Shown here: one piece after another, positions 18,964 through 28,908 of the stretch
Layout of the letters: each line of letters opens with the position of its first letter
How positions within the stretch are numbered: position 1 is the first letter of the stretch
Virus record (IMG/VR): IMGVR_UViG_3300024279_000008
Span: 1,772 to 65,771 of that record
Length of the DNA stretch: 64,000 nt
Source: a virus
Lineage: Duplodnaviria > Caudoviricetes
Direction: 5' to 3' (one strand)
Notes under the pieces: generated by a model
Seen by the model: only the letters and a program-made list of their open reading frames with translations
Databases searched by the model: none
Told to the model about the DNA's origin: nothing
Program-made: the position numbers and the translations under genes

Positions 18964-21900
18964 GGGTCACACGAGACAGGCCTTTAACCCCGACCCGATC
19001 GATATCGATATTAGACCTCCATACATGGAAGGTATTCGTCGAGGTCATTTGTTGTTGGAAGAGATACCCTCGGCAGCCTGGAGGGAATGGGATTTGGTCA
19101 TTGTACATCCGGGCATTCCCAGCCTCCTCCCCAGCATTGGACTGGGAGAGCGTGAAGGTATTCACCGTGAACACCCCTCCATCCACAATCCAGGTGTTGG
19201 TAAACACACACCCCACCGGACCTTCCACGTCCATGGCGTAGAACCGGGCCAGGTCAAGTTGGGTCACCCCACCGAGTTTTTTGTAGGTCACCAACCAAGT
19301 GGTCTTACCGAAAGGTCGGGGCTCAAACTCCAAGGCCGACTGACCACGTTCCCAGTATTTGAAGGGGGTTGTAGAGGTGTAGGCCGCTCGGACGGTCTTC
19401 CCAACGGTGACATTTGGTAGGCCATACTCGTAGATATGGTGCTGGGACCCAGTCATGGTTTGGGTTGAAACCCCAACCCCATCGATATATAGGATGCCTG
19501 TAACCGTCCCCCCTAAGGGGTTGATCTCCGCGAGCCAGGTTTTGACATAGCTCTCTGATGGGAATGGGATGTTCGGGGATTCAAAAAACAACGCCCGGGT
19601 TGGCTCGGCGGTGACATTGAACCAGGATTTGTAGTGCTTGAAGACTCCTGTCCCGGATGCAGCGGTCAGCCGGGTATAGGCCACATTCCCATAGGTTTCC
19701 GAGGGGAGAGCGAAGTTGAAATCCAACCGTTCATTCCCAGTCATGGTATAGGTCGTGAGGGCTGTGCCATCCAACCAAACCGTCCCTAGGACTGTTTGCC
19801 CAAGAGGATTGACCTGGAACATCACATCATGCCACCATCCCTCCATGCCTTGGGGGCCACCATCGACCCGATCCGACTCGAAGATGTTCGCTCGGGAGGG
19901 TTCCTCAGAGACATTGTACCAGGTAGAGTAGTGCTTGAAGAATTGGCCTTGAGAGTTGTACTCCACCCAGGCTTCATTACCGTAGCTCTCAACAGGTAGG
20001 GCGAAGTTGTAGGACCCTCGCTTTGAGCCAGTCGCTGTGAAGGTTGTGAGAGCCACTCCGTCAAGGTACATTGTCCCAAGGACCGGTGCACCCAAAGGGT
20101 TGATGTCACAAAGCACATCATGCCACCATCCCTCGACTGAGGGACCCTTGGCAGAGAACCTATCCGACACATATCTGCTTACCCGAGGCGGCTCAGGACG
20201 GCAGAGGTTGTAGGTATCGTAGTGTTTGAAGGTTACCCCAGAGAAGGTTCCGACCGTGTAGGTCGTATAGGCGATGTTCCCATAGGTCTCCACCGGGAAT
20301 GCATACGGGATAAGCTGGGGACCAGATCCTTGGAGAGTACCAGTTGTGGTACCATATGGGAAGGGGAACGGAGTCTGGGAGATGGTAGACGGGCCGACGA
20401 AGAAATTCGTCATCACCGCGACGTTGTCAATGAACGTGACCGCAGTAACCGTCCCGGTCCCTTGGATGTCAATCTCGGTATAGTGAGTATCCCAGATCTT
20501 CTCGGCCTTGGCCTGCCCTCCTTCATCGAACTCCGTCCGGAGGTACTGGACCCTCTGAGGTTGGACAGAGGTATCCCATGACATCTGGTAGATGGCTTGG
20601 TTGGAGCCACTCCCAGATTGGGTTCCATCGAACTCGTAGACAATATTGTTTCCCACCGTTCCGAGCAGGGCTGTGGTGGACCATTGTTTGGAGGTACCGG
20701 TGTAGGTCCCAAGGGTCACTGTAGAGGTGTTATCCACGATCGCCTTTGCGACAATAACCCCTGTTCCGGGAAGGTTCTCGATCCCAAGGTTCTCTAGGAC
20801 GAGGTCTTGCTTGGTTGACCAGGCCCGGGTCCTAACCGACCAAGGAATCGCCGACCCAAGATCCTTCTGACCGACCTCGAATTGCACGACCCCTCCGGTA
20901 TCGGTCCCAGCCACGAGGCGGCCTCCGGCATAGTCCCAAAAGAGGGCTGTGACTTTATATCCCACTGGTTGGTACATCCAGACTTGTTTCTTAGGGAGGT
21001 CTAGGACAAAGATGGTATCGCCCCCTACAGTGTTGGTCCCTGTTGGAACCGCAAGGTAGATCTTCTGCTCAGCATACACCGCGCAGGACTGGGAGATCGC
21101 CCCAAGGTTCATTCCCGGGATGCGGCCCTTCTGGACCGCTGGGGAGTTGGAGGCTGTCCCCCGCCAGAGATCTCCGATCTTCTCGTAGACCCAATCAAGG
21201 GGGGTATCCACCCCATAGCCTGGGTAATAGAGTGAGATCCCATCATAGGAGAAGAGCAGGATGCCGGAAGGGGTTTTGATACAGGTTTTCGCCGCAGCAG
21301 ATCCACGCTTCGAACCGGTTCTCCGGAGGGACCAGTCTTGGTTGGGACCCTCCCAAATCGACCCATCGATTTCATAGACAGAGTTGTTGTTGACAATAAT
21401 TAACCGATCCCAAACCTGGAGAGCTTGGATCGGATCACCCTGGTTCGACACGGTAACATCTGAATCAGCCTCGATCATGGTTGGAGAGCCAGGGGCGGTC
21501 CAAAAGAGGGAGTTGCCAGTACCGAGGAATATCCGGTCTTGGAAGGGCTCGGAGACGGCTCCTACCCCACCGGTGGGCCACGTAGCCCAAAGGGACCGAG
21601 TCATAGTGGAATTGGCAATACATTCCATGTCAGGATAACCCAAATCAGTTATAATTGTTTGGCTAATTGGGAATGCATCAACCATGTAAGCATCCGATAG
21701 ATATCCACCTTGCCTATATAGTACTCGATGTGTTACACCAGTAGTACTGGTTCCTGAATAAGCCCCAGCGTTAATCGTAGCTTCACCATATTGAATAGTA
21801 GCGCCTTGATACGCAGTATTAGTACCGGCTGTACCAGTTTGTTGTGATTGAATTGAAGGAGCACTTTCAGCTACAATGACTCCATTCTCTATTCGCGCAA

Positions 21901-23221
21901 AGGTTTGAAACCAACTAATTCCATTAACTGTATCATTTAAACAAGCATTATTATTTCCATAAGTTTTGGGAATCCCAATAATCATGGATGTTTGATCGGT
22001 GGTTTGTACACTAATCCTTACAGCTTTAATACTTTCCCATCCCGTTAGTCCCGCTCCCAAAGTTCCAATTAATTGATAAGAGGTTCGCGGGATAGCCCAA
22101 GCATTTATTCCTCCAGGGATATCTGTCACAACACTTGCTGGGCGTTGGTTCCCACCATGAGGATCTCCAACAAAGTCCACTTTACCTCGGATTCGTTGTT
22201 GGAGAAGTTGTTGGATTTCCCCAAAGGATTTATTTCCTTGTGATGCGAGTAACTGGGCAGTAGCATCTGGTGATGCCGAGACTAATTCAGCAATAGTCGT
22301 TTGAGTATGCCAGTAGTTAAAGAAGCCGGTGTCGAAAATAGAATAATCTACATTAATACTAACCACTGCATCAGGGTTGGAGAACCCAATTGTTAAATAA
22401 TCTACTCCATAATTTCCAATAGACTGGGTTAATGTTGCCGTTCCAGTAGGATGAAATAGGGTTGTACCATGTAAAACTCCTGATAGCTCTAATATACTTT
22501 GATTGAAGTCGGTGTTTTGTATTGTTGCAGTACTAGTACCACCTGTTCCATATGTATATACTTGTGAACCAACAACTGTTGCAATTGCAACAATACCATT
22601 GGTTAAAGAAGCCCCAGTTCCGTTGGTTAAAGTACTTAAAACTGGAGAACCCCCAGCTGATACAAATGTTCCTTGGGTTGTTGAAGTTACAGTCCAAGTA
22701 CCATTAAAACCTCCTGTCCCAGATCCAATAGAAAATGGGTTGTTAACTCCGGCTACACTCGTTGGTTGAACGTAAATTTGAGCTGGTTGGTCAAGAACCC
22801 AATTCCAAGCATTCGTTCCATTATCCCGGATCGCCACCGACCCATTCGCAAGGTACTGGTAGTTCTCGTAGGCTACCCCTTGTGGGAGGGTCGAAGCTGA
22901 GGCGTCCCCCGCTGAGATCTGGGTCCATGTCACAGTCCCAGTTCCTCGGTAGAACCCTGAGGTCCCACTTCCTACTGCATACCAATTGGAACTATCTAGG
23001 GACCCTTGCGTGCCATTATAGTTCCGAGTCACGAGTTGGATCGGTGCTGCTCCTGCACTCCCAAGCAACACTGTTCCTCTCCGACAAACCAACCCACCCC
23101 ACTCCAGAGAAAAATCCACATTCGTCGCAAGCTGGACCTCTCCCTCCGCCAGCAGATGTGGCGCAGCTTGGGCATTCAGCCCTTGGCCGAAGGTGATTTG
23201 TTCGAGTGTTTTCTGAGACAT
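18938..23221 (-). CDS. tail nozzle/stabilisation protein (P22 gp10/T7 gp12-like) with inserted and tandem domains
   Basis: N-terminal GLNA..PHLL..GE..LATNVDF..GGLVCRRG; propeller-like middle (FQDRIFL, LFWTAPG); C-terminal approx. 97-aa repeats. Confidence 0.7.
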   Translation of the reverse strand: MSQKTLEQITFGQGLNAQAAPHLLAEGEVQLATNVDFSLEWGGLVCRRGTVLLGSAGAAPIQLVTRNYNGTQGSLDSSNWYAVGSGTSGFYRGTGTVTWTQISAGDASASTLPQGVAYENYQYLANGSVAIRDNGTNAWNWVLDQPAQIYVQPTSVAGVNNPFSIGSGTGGFNGTWTVTSTTQGTFVSAGGSPVLSTLTNGTGASLTNGIVAIATVVGSQVYTYGTGGTSTATIQNTDFNQSILELSGVLHGTTLFHPTGTATLTQSIGNYGVDYLTIGFSNPDAVVSINVDYSIFDTGFFNYWHTQTTIAELVSASPDATAQLLASQGNKSFGEIQQLLQQRIRGKVDFVGDPHGGNQRPASVVTDIPGGINAWAIPRTSYQLIGTLGAGLTGWESIKAVRISVQTTDQTSMIIGIPKTYGNNNACLNDTVNGISWFQTFARIENGVIVAESAPSIQSQQTGTAGTNTAYQGATIQYGEATINAGAYSGTSTTGVTHRVLYRQGGYLSDAYMVDAFPISQTIITDLGYPDMECIANSTMTRSLWATWPTGGVGAVSEPFQDRIFLGTGNSLFWTAPGSPTMIEADSDVTVSNQGDPIQALQVWDRLIIVNNNSVYEIDGSIWEGPNQDWSLRRTGSKRGSAAAKTCIKTPSGILLFSYDGISLYYPGYGVDTPLDWVYEKIGDLWRGTASNSPAVQKGRIPGMNLGAISQSCAVYAEQKIYLAVPTGTNTVGGDTIFVLDLPKKQVWMYQPVGYKVTALFWDYAGGRLVAGTDTGGVVQFEVGQKDLGSAIPWSVRTRAWSTKQDLVLENLGIENLPGTGVIVAKAIVDNTSTVTLGTYTGTSKQWSTTALLGTVGNNIVYEFDGTQSGSGSNQAIYQMSWDTSVQPQRVQYLRTEFDEGGQAKAEKIWDTHYTEIDIQGTGTVTAVTFIDNVAVMTNFFVGPSTISQTPFPFPYGTTTGTLQGSGPQLIPYAFPVETYGNIAYTTYTVGTFSGVTFKHYDTYNLCRPEPPRVSRYVSDRFSAKGPSVEGWWHDVLCDINPLGAPVLGTMYLDGVALTTFTATGSKRGSYNFALPVESYGNEAWVEYNSQGQFFKHYSTWYNVSEEPSRANIFESDRVDGGPQGMEGWWHDVMFQVNPLGQTVLGTVWLDGTALTTYTMTGNERLDFNFALPSETYGNVAYTRLTAASGTGVFKHYKSWFNVTAEPTRALFFESPNIPFPSESYVKTWLAEINPLGGTVTGILYIDGVGVSTQTMTGSQHHIYEYGLPNVTVGKTVRAAYTSTTPFKYWERGQSALEFEPRPFGKTTWLVTYKKLGGVTQLDLARFYAMDVEGPVGCVFTNTWIVDGGVFTVNTFTLSQSNAGEEAGNARMYNDQIPFPPGCRGYLFQQQMTSTNTFHVWRSNIDIDRVGVKGLSRVTLEGTPKNG

Positions 23222-23224
23222 AAC

Positions 23225-23959
23225 CTATGACTCCAATGGATAATACGTTGGGAGAGCAACAATTGATCCGCCTTGCTGAAGGTCAAATCTCCCTGCGTTA
23301 TTCGGGGTGAAGAGATTACCCCCCGAGATCGAAACAGTCCCAGGGCGCAACCTGCGGATGTTATGGGATTGCTGGTTCCTCAACCGAACCTTGAAGTTCT
23401 GGATTTGATCCTGAGCAGTTTTCATGTAGATATCCGCCAAGTCTGGGCGGGTCGCCTCGAAGAGAATCGACGCTGCCATGTTTTGGATCGCAAGGACATA
23501 CTGCGGGGGGCCAGCGATGAAGGTAGTGGTATCTAGGATCTCTGTTGGATAACCTACTCCCCAGAGGTTATACGTGTATGCCTTGTCTGGTCGGGGGAAC
23601 AACCGTAGAGTGAACGCATCCCAGATGACAAAATACTTCGGGGCGTCCAACCCAGACGACCGCCAGGTTCGGATATTGTGCTCCAACTCCCGATGGGTGG
23701 TAGGGAATCCCCGCGTGGTACTCACCTCTCCACCGGTCAATGGAACGACCGTTTCAATCCACCCAGGAATCAATACATCCCCTGGGAGGGCAAACAGATC
23801 CGTCCCAGTCACCAACTGGAGTTGCCAGCTTTTACGTTGCCACTTTGTCTGGGCAAACGCCCATAGCTGGGCTTGGTTAATTGCATCGAGGACAAACTCC
23901 ATTGGCCAAAAGACCCCGGTGTCATTCAGCAATACCTGGACTTGAGAGACAATACTCAT
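23225..23959 (-). CDS. head-tail adaptor/ring protein
   Basis: VQVLLNDTG..W....LDAINQAQ helical N-terminus; LRLFPRPD motif. Confidence 0.6.
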   Translation of the reverse strand: MSIVSQVQVLLNDTGVFWPMEFVLDAINQAQLWAFAQTKWQRKSWQLQLVTGTDLFALPGDVLIPGWIETVVPLTGGEVSTTRGFPTTHRELEHNIRTWRSSGLDAPKYFVIWDAFTLRLFPRPDKAYTYNLWGVGYPTEILDTTTFIAGPPQYVLAIQNMAASILFEATRPDLADIYMKTAQDQIQNFKVRLRNQQSHNIRRLRPGTVSISGGNLFTPNNAGRFDLQQGGSIVALPTYYPLES

Positions 23960-23967
23960 AGGTAGGG

Positions 23968-25668
23968 TTACCTCAACCAGATTTTTGTTCCATCAAACCA
24001 GAACGGTGTGAGGGCGTTTGCTCCAGTGGTTACAGTGGTTCCAATAGTCGCACCGGCAGTAAAGGTAATAGCACTAGCAGTTTGGATAAACCCTGACTGA
24101 CCTTTGTAAAGCCCTGCAACCGCTGTGACCGCCGTTCCACTCCCCGTCACCTCAACCGTTCCACCCTGGATCATCCGAGGGAAAGTAACCGTAGCTGCAT
24201 CAGCCACAGTGGGGATCGAGTCACTCAACCCTCCAATCCACCCAGAGTAGATCGTAGGATTTAAGCCCAAGTCAGAGATCGCTGAGACTGCCCCGTTAAA
24301 ATCGGTATTAGCAATCTCAATCCCAGTATGGGCCGCAGCGTTGATTGACAATCCAATCTTTGGTTTCCCAAGAACGGCATCCCCAAACTTGGAATTGCTG
24401 ACTCTCAATCCAGTAACAACCCCCGGTCCAACAACCAACCCCGCATCCGACGCACCTGCATTCCCTCCACCATACGCGCTAAAGTTATCCAAGGAAACAT
24501 CACTCGCACCATCAACTGTGACTCCTGCGACATTACCGTTTTTTGTTCCGCTCACATTGGAGAATTTAACAGTGCTAATCCCCGCCCCAATATAGAGTTG
24601 CTCCCCACCTACGGCTGGTTCCAAAAGGAGGTTAGTAAAACTATACAACGTTCCGCTTCCCGAGCTTGGAAGCAAAGTCACACTTCGGCCTGTGGCACTA
24701 TCACACCCCAACCCAGTAAATACCAACTCGTTAATCACCCCACCATTTGGATCAACATACAAATTATACACTCCACCCTGAAGGGCGATGTTGGAAGCAA
24801 CCCACCCGGCAAAACTACCCGAGGCTACTGCCTGGACTAGCATCGCGGTGTTGGCGGTGCTTAAAACATTGATGTTTACATTTGCAATCTCCGCCCCTGC
24901 CACTACCCCAGCAGAGACTAAAAGTTCAATCCCCCGGAAGGTTTGGCTCTGTGATCGAAGTCCATCACACAGGGTACTAATAAAATCCACAAAGGTAAAC
25001 GCAATCCTCCCACCCAAAACGTATAGGTCCTGGACATTACCAAACCGGAATGCCTTCAGATGGAACTCACTTCCTGATGTGCGGGTTACCCCCGGGACAA
25101 TACCGATCCCTTTGCAGGTTCGTATCCAGTCATTCCCGGCCCCAGCTTCCATGTAGATCGCATCCCCTGAAGCAAACTGCGGGGATATTTGACTGCAATC
25201 CGACCCCATCCCTACCAAGGAAACTTTGATTGTCGATCCACTAGTGATGGTTGCGTAAGTCGGCCAGGTGTAGGGGGCTGAGGTATTTGGGGGGATTACC
25301 ACAGTGTTTGTAGCAGTACTTGACCAGATGGCTTCTTGGATACCTGAAGTTGCTGAGGCAATTTTGTAGCTACCTGTAGCATATGTCCCTGTAATTGACG
25401 TGAAGGTCAATGTCCCCGAGGCAGCCCCGGCTACTGCACTCCCACCGTTAATTAAAACTACCTCTTGAAATGTACCGGAGTTATTGAAGATGGCGAGGTA
25501 GTGGTTGGTATTCGTTGCATTGATTCCTGGGGGGACTGGAGCGAGGGTTATGGTCCTAAGGGATGGGGATAAATTCTCTGGGCAAGCCTGGGACGGAAAG
25601 ATAAATGCCGCGGAGTATGTAACGGGTTTGTTACGAAGTTGGGTGCTAAAATTAACTTGAGTAGGCAT
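23968..25668 (-). CDS. tailspike-like beta-helix protein
   Basis: Pectin-lyase-like beta-helix periodicity; C-terminal WFDGTKIWLR. Confidence 0.65.
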   Translation of the reverse strand: MPTQVNFSTQLRNKPVTYSAAFIFPSQACPENLSPSLRTITLAPVPPGINATNTNHYLAIFNNSGTFQEVVLINGGSAVAGAASGTLTFTSITGTYATGSYKIASATSGIQEAIWSSTATNTVVIPPNTSAPYTWPTYATITSGSTIKVSLVGMGSDCSQISPQFASGDAIYMEAGAGNDWIRTCKGIGIVPGVTRTSGSEFHLKAFRFGNVQDLYVLGGRIAFTFVDFISTLCDGLRSQSQTFRGIELLVSAGVVAGAEIANVNINVLSTANTAMLVQAVASGSFAGWVASNIALQGGVYNLYVDPNGGVINELVFTGLGCDSATGRSVTLLPSSGSGTLYSFTNLLLEPAVGGEQLYIGAGISTVKFSNVSGTKNGNVAGVTVDGASDVSLDNFSAYGGGNAGASDAGLVVGPGVVTGLRVSNSKFGDAVLGKPKIGLSINAAAHTGIEIANTDFNGAVSAISDLGLNPTIYSGWIGGLSDSIPTVADAATVTFPRMIQGGTVEVTGSGTAVTAVAGLYKGQSGFIQTASAITFTAGATIGTTVTTGANALTPFWFDGTKIWLR

Positions 25669-25669
25669 G

Positions 25670-25915
25670 TTATTGGTTAAAGATCCAAGAGTTTAAAATA
25701 TCCCCAGATTGAGGAATCGAGGTTCCTGCAAAACTAATTGTAGCCGTTCCAACCCCAGTGGTTGTGGCGGTAGAGAGGGTATAATCCACACCAGGATTTT
25801 GGAGCACCCCGTTTACATAAACCTCCAGGGTTGTTGGAAGGAAGGTCCCTAGGGTAAATACCATATTGACTCCATTTACTGATCCGGTCGGAGTCGTACC
25901 AACAAACGTAGACAT
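25670..25915 (-). CDS. small beta-sandwich virion protein
   Basis: TPTGSVNGVNMVFTL..LEVYVNGVLQ motif, homologous to the C-terminus of the upstream gene. Confidence 0.65.
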   Translation of the reverse strand: MSTFVGTTPTGSVNGVNMVFTLGTFLPTTLEVYVNGVLQNPGVDYTLSTATTTGVGTATISFAGTSIPQSGDILNSWIFNQ

Positions 25916-25917
25916 AG

Positions 25918-26862
25918 TTAACTTCCTTGTGTAAAAGTCCAAACAACCAGGGTATCTCCGGGTTGAGGCGGGGTTGCGAAGGTAATCACCGAACCAGAGA
26001 TGGTGATATCAGTTGTGGGGGTTTGGAGTAGACCATTCAAAAACACCTTCATGGCCGAGGGGATGATTGGGAGGTTAAATATTAGATTCACCCCATCCAC
26101 CGACCCAGTCGGGATAAAACTCTTAAACACATCTGGGATGGATATCGACCCACCAGGGCCAGGACCCATCGCAGGAGGAGGGAAGAGAATATCCCACTCG
26201 TAGTGGGAGGCTGGTTTGAGTTTACGGTATCTCTCTGGGAGCCAATTGTCCCACAGGGATTTGATCCGGAGCTTCTCCCTCTCATACTGAGCCCGATACC
26301 GAAGGGCGCGTTTGGTATCATTAACCGGACCCATCCGGAGGTAAGCCCGAGAGGCCACGTAGGGCTTGACCGACCACTGGGTCCAAGGAGGGAGGGAGAT
26401 CAGAGAGTCATCCCCATTAAACGAAAGCTGCTGGGGGTACTCGAAGATGAATGTCCCCAGGTTCGCGAGGGGTGGCCAGATGATTATCTGGGTGGAGTCA
26501 TATTGGATTATCTCCCGAGGGGTATCTGGGAGGGCATTCCGCCATTCCACGTTCCCCACCTCTAGGTCTTGGAGAAGGCGGCCTGCAAGACGGTACCCCC
26601 TTCCTCCATCTGTACCGATATAATACACTGCATCAAGGCGGCCCAGGGCAGGGGTGAGAGACCCAAGAGTCAAGGTGCTAAGCGCAGTAGTGACTGTGGC
26701 AGTCCCCCAGACAAACTCGTAGTCCTGTTGGAGTTCGTTTTGCCAATCGGTTATGAACTGGTTTAGCTCCGTGTCTGACCACCATTTCCCGGTGGTATCC
26801 ATCAACTCTCTCCGGATGACTGTCCGGGCAGTAGCAAGACTCCATTGAGAGTAGGCACTCAT
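25918..26862 (-). CDS. head-tail adaptor/ring protein with C-terminal beta-sandwich
   Basis: RRELMDTTGKWWSDTELNQFITDWQ; IIIWPP; C-terminal PTGSVDGVNLIF domain. Confidence 0.65.
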   Translation of the reverse strand: MSAYSQWSLATARTVIRRELMDTTGKWWSDTELNQFITDWQNELQQDYEFVWGTATVTTALSTLTLGSLTPALGRLDAVYYIGTDGGRGYRLAGRLLQDLEVGNVEWRNALPDTPREIIQYDSTQIIIWPPLANLGTFIFEYPQQLSFNGDDSLISLPPWTQWSVKPYVASRAYLRMGPVNDTKRALRYRAQYEREKLRIKSLWDNWLPERYRKLKPASHYEWDILFPPPAMGPGPGGSISIPDVFKSFIPTGSVDGVNLIFNLPIIPSAMKVFLNGLLQTPTTDITISGSVITFATPPQPGDTLVVWTFTQGS

Positions 26863-26865
26863 AGA

Positions 26866-28368
26866 TTAAATAACCTTTAGGTAGTGTTTTTGGTAGATCT
26901 CTTCCAACCGCTCCAGGACTAACTGAGGGAGGATTGCCACCGAACAAATCGGGGCCTGCCCGATTTCCTCTCCAGTCTCGGTGTCTTCAACTGTCCCTAC
27001 TGGGCAGGAGGCCTTGGAGTAGTGGAGCATGTGGCATGGGTAGCAGGGAGCTAGGGATTGATCCGGTTCAAGGGAGTAATCATTCTCCCAATACTTCGTG
27101 AGGTTTTCCTTCGAGGAGTGGGAGAGAAGGACGATCTTGGGGGTTGGGAAGCACCCTGAGGCGTTGGTGACCATGGTTTCAGGGCCAACTACCACCGAGG
27201 CGTATTTGGTGGAGATCAGGGACTCCCGGATGGACCATTTCCCAGACCTCTCTAGGACCTGAGGGTGGGGGAACTCCAAGAGCCGGGCAAGGTCATCACC
27301 AACTGTAACTGCTACTGCCTGAAGGTGGGTATCGAGAAACTTCCTCAAGACCGCTTCCATCAAGGGATAGACCTTGTGATGGGAGGAACCATTGAGCGCC
27401 CAGACAATAACGAACTTTCCCTTGAGCGGATCAAAGAACTCCCTTGCGCGACGCTCCTCAAAGTCGGTGAAGTAGAGTTCTCCATTCCTACCAGTGACCT
27501 CTGGGAACCCTCCCCGAGCCATGGTGTAGTCGTAGTAATTCCGGTTACACCTGGCATGACGCCAGGATTTGGTTGTGAAGAATTCCTTCCGGCCTTCCAC
27601 GATCAGCAGATCCCCTTCTAGGCTCTCAGAAAGGTTGATATACCGGTCGTAGTCTTGCTTCCATAGGTCCCAATACTGACCGAGCTCCTGGTTGGGGATT
27701 GCATCCCGTTCCTGAAGAAGAACGTTGTTGATGTAGGGGTTGCCTTGGAGGGCAGGCCAGCAATACGGAGTCCCTACAAAGGTCACATCCCACCCATTGG
27801 AGAAGTACTCCCGGAGGAGTGGGGAGAGAATGATGGCGTCTCCAAGGGCTCCAAACCGGCAGACTGCAACCCTAGGACGATCCGAACGAGGCTTCTGAGG
27901 GAGAATCCCAGTCGTACCCTTGATACGCTTGTAGATCTGGAGGGACACTCCATCATGCTCGTAAGAGTCCTTCTCCTGCCACCGTCCGACCTTCCCAACC
28001 ATCTCACGGACCTGTCTGGGGATCAACGGGAAGGTCCCTGGTTCTTGGGAGTATCGGATGTTGGTATGGACCACAAGGTGCTTGCCAAGCTTCAGCTTGC
28101 GCGCGGCGGTCCGAAGAAACTTCTCTTGATCCTCCACAACCTCTAAACGTGGCCCAATATAAACATGATCCAGGGACTCATCTGCAAACACCCCTAGGTC
28201 CTTGTCCATCACGGAGGTCCGACCATTCTGGATGACATCCACCACTACCGAATAGACCGAGGGGTTGGTTTCTTGGGCAGGGAGGATTGGGCTCCCAAAG
28301 GAAATCCCCCTCCCTCCAAGGTAACTAACCGACCGGTAGAGGGGCCAGTTCTTTGGGATCGCTCCCAT
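26866..28368 (-). CDS. glycosyltransferase family 9 (heptosyltransferase-like) with N-terminal SAM-methyltransferase-like domain
   Basis: RFGALGDAIILSPLL, VGPETMVTNASGCFPTPKIVLLS and CYPC..C..C. N-terminal FADESLDHVY...LRTAARKLKLGKHLVV. Confidence 0.85.
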   Translation of the reverse strand: MGAIPKNWPLYRSVSYLGGRGISFGSPILPAQETNPSVYSVVVDVIQNGRTSVMDKDLGVFADESLDHVYIGPRLEVVEDQEKFLRTAARKLKLGKHLVVHTNIRYSQEPGTFPLIPRQVREMVGKVGRWQEKDSYEHDGVSLQIYKRIKGTTGILPQKPRSDRPRVAVCRFGALGDAIILSPLLREYFSNGWDVTFVGTPYCWPALQGNPYINNVLLQERDAIPNQELGQYWDLWKQDYDRYINLSESLEGDLLIVEGRKEFFTTKSWRHARCNRNYYDYTMARGGFPEVTGRNGELYFTDFEERRAREFFDPLKGKFVIVWALNGSSHHKVYPLMEAVLRKFLDTHLQAVAVTVGDDLARLLEFPHPQVLERSGKWSIRESLISTKYASVVVGPETMVTNASGCFPTPKIVLLSHSSKENLTKYWENDYSLEPDQSLAPCYPCHMLHYSKASCPVGTVEDTETGEEIGQAPICSVAILPQLVLERLEEIYQKHYLKVI

Positions 28369-28847
28369 TACTCAAACACCTCGTCTTGGAACTCCTCCCC
28401 CTCAGGCTGGTTATACCCAAGACTCATACATAGGGACTGAGGGTATTGATTCACCCTGTTCGCCCCAGGATGGGGTTGGAGATGATACATCATCGCTCGG
28501 GGGGTCATGTCCACATCCGTCCGGCAATGGGGGCAATATAGATGCTGGATCTCCACTCCTCCTTCCTGCAACTCCCGCCAGATTGGGTTCTTACCCTTCG
28601 CATCGGTCACTCGCAGGCGGACAAAAAACCACCCACCCCCATGGTTCGGGTCCATGTGACGTTTGATGCTCTCTGAGGTCACAAGGATGTTGGAGTGACA
28701 ACTCATATCCGCAGGGTGCTGTCCTAGATACCCATTACAGGTAACCCGGGTAGGGACCAGCCCCGCCTTATCAAACACTCCCCAATTTGTAACAGTCTTT
28801 CGTTCACTCGAAGCAGGCGCGGTAGCATCTGTTTTTGAAACGGCCAT
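28368..28847 (-). CDS. hypothetical protein with Zn-binding motifs
   Basis: C..H..C.H and CPHC...H; TAATG coupled. Confidence 0.6.
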   Translation of the reverse strand: MAVSKTDATAPASSERKTVTNWGVFDKAGLVPTRVTCNGYLGQHPADMSCHSNILVTSESIKRHMDPNHGGGWFFVRLRVTDAKGKNPIWRELQEGGVEIQHLYCPHCRTDVDMTPRAMMYHLQPHPGANRVNQYPQSLCMSLGYNQPEGEEFQDEVFE

Positions 28848-28908
28848 GATTTATTTCCTTTGGTTGTGGAAGAGGGGAGGGTTAGTCCCCTCGTTCCGGG
28901 GTTAAGGG

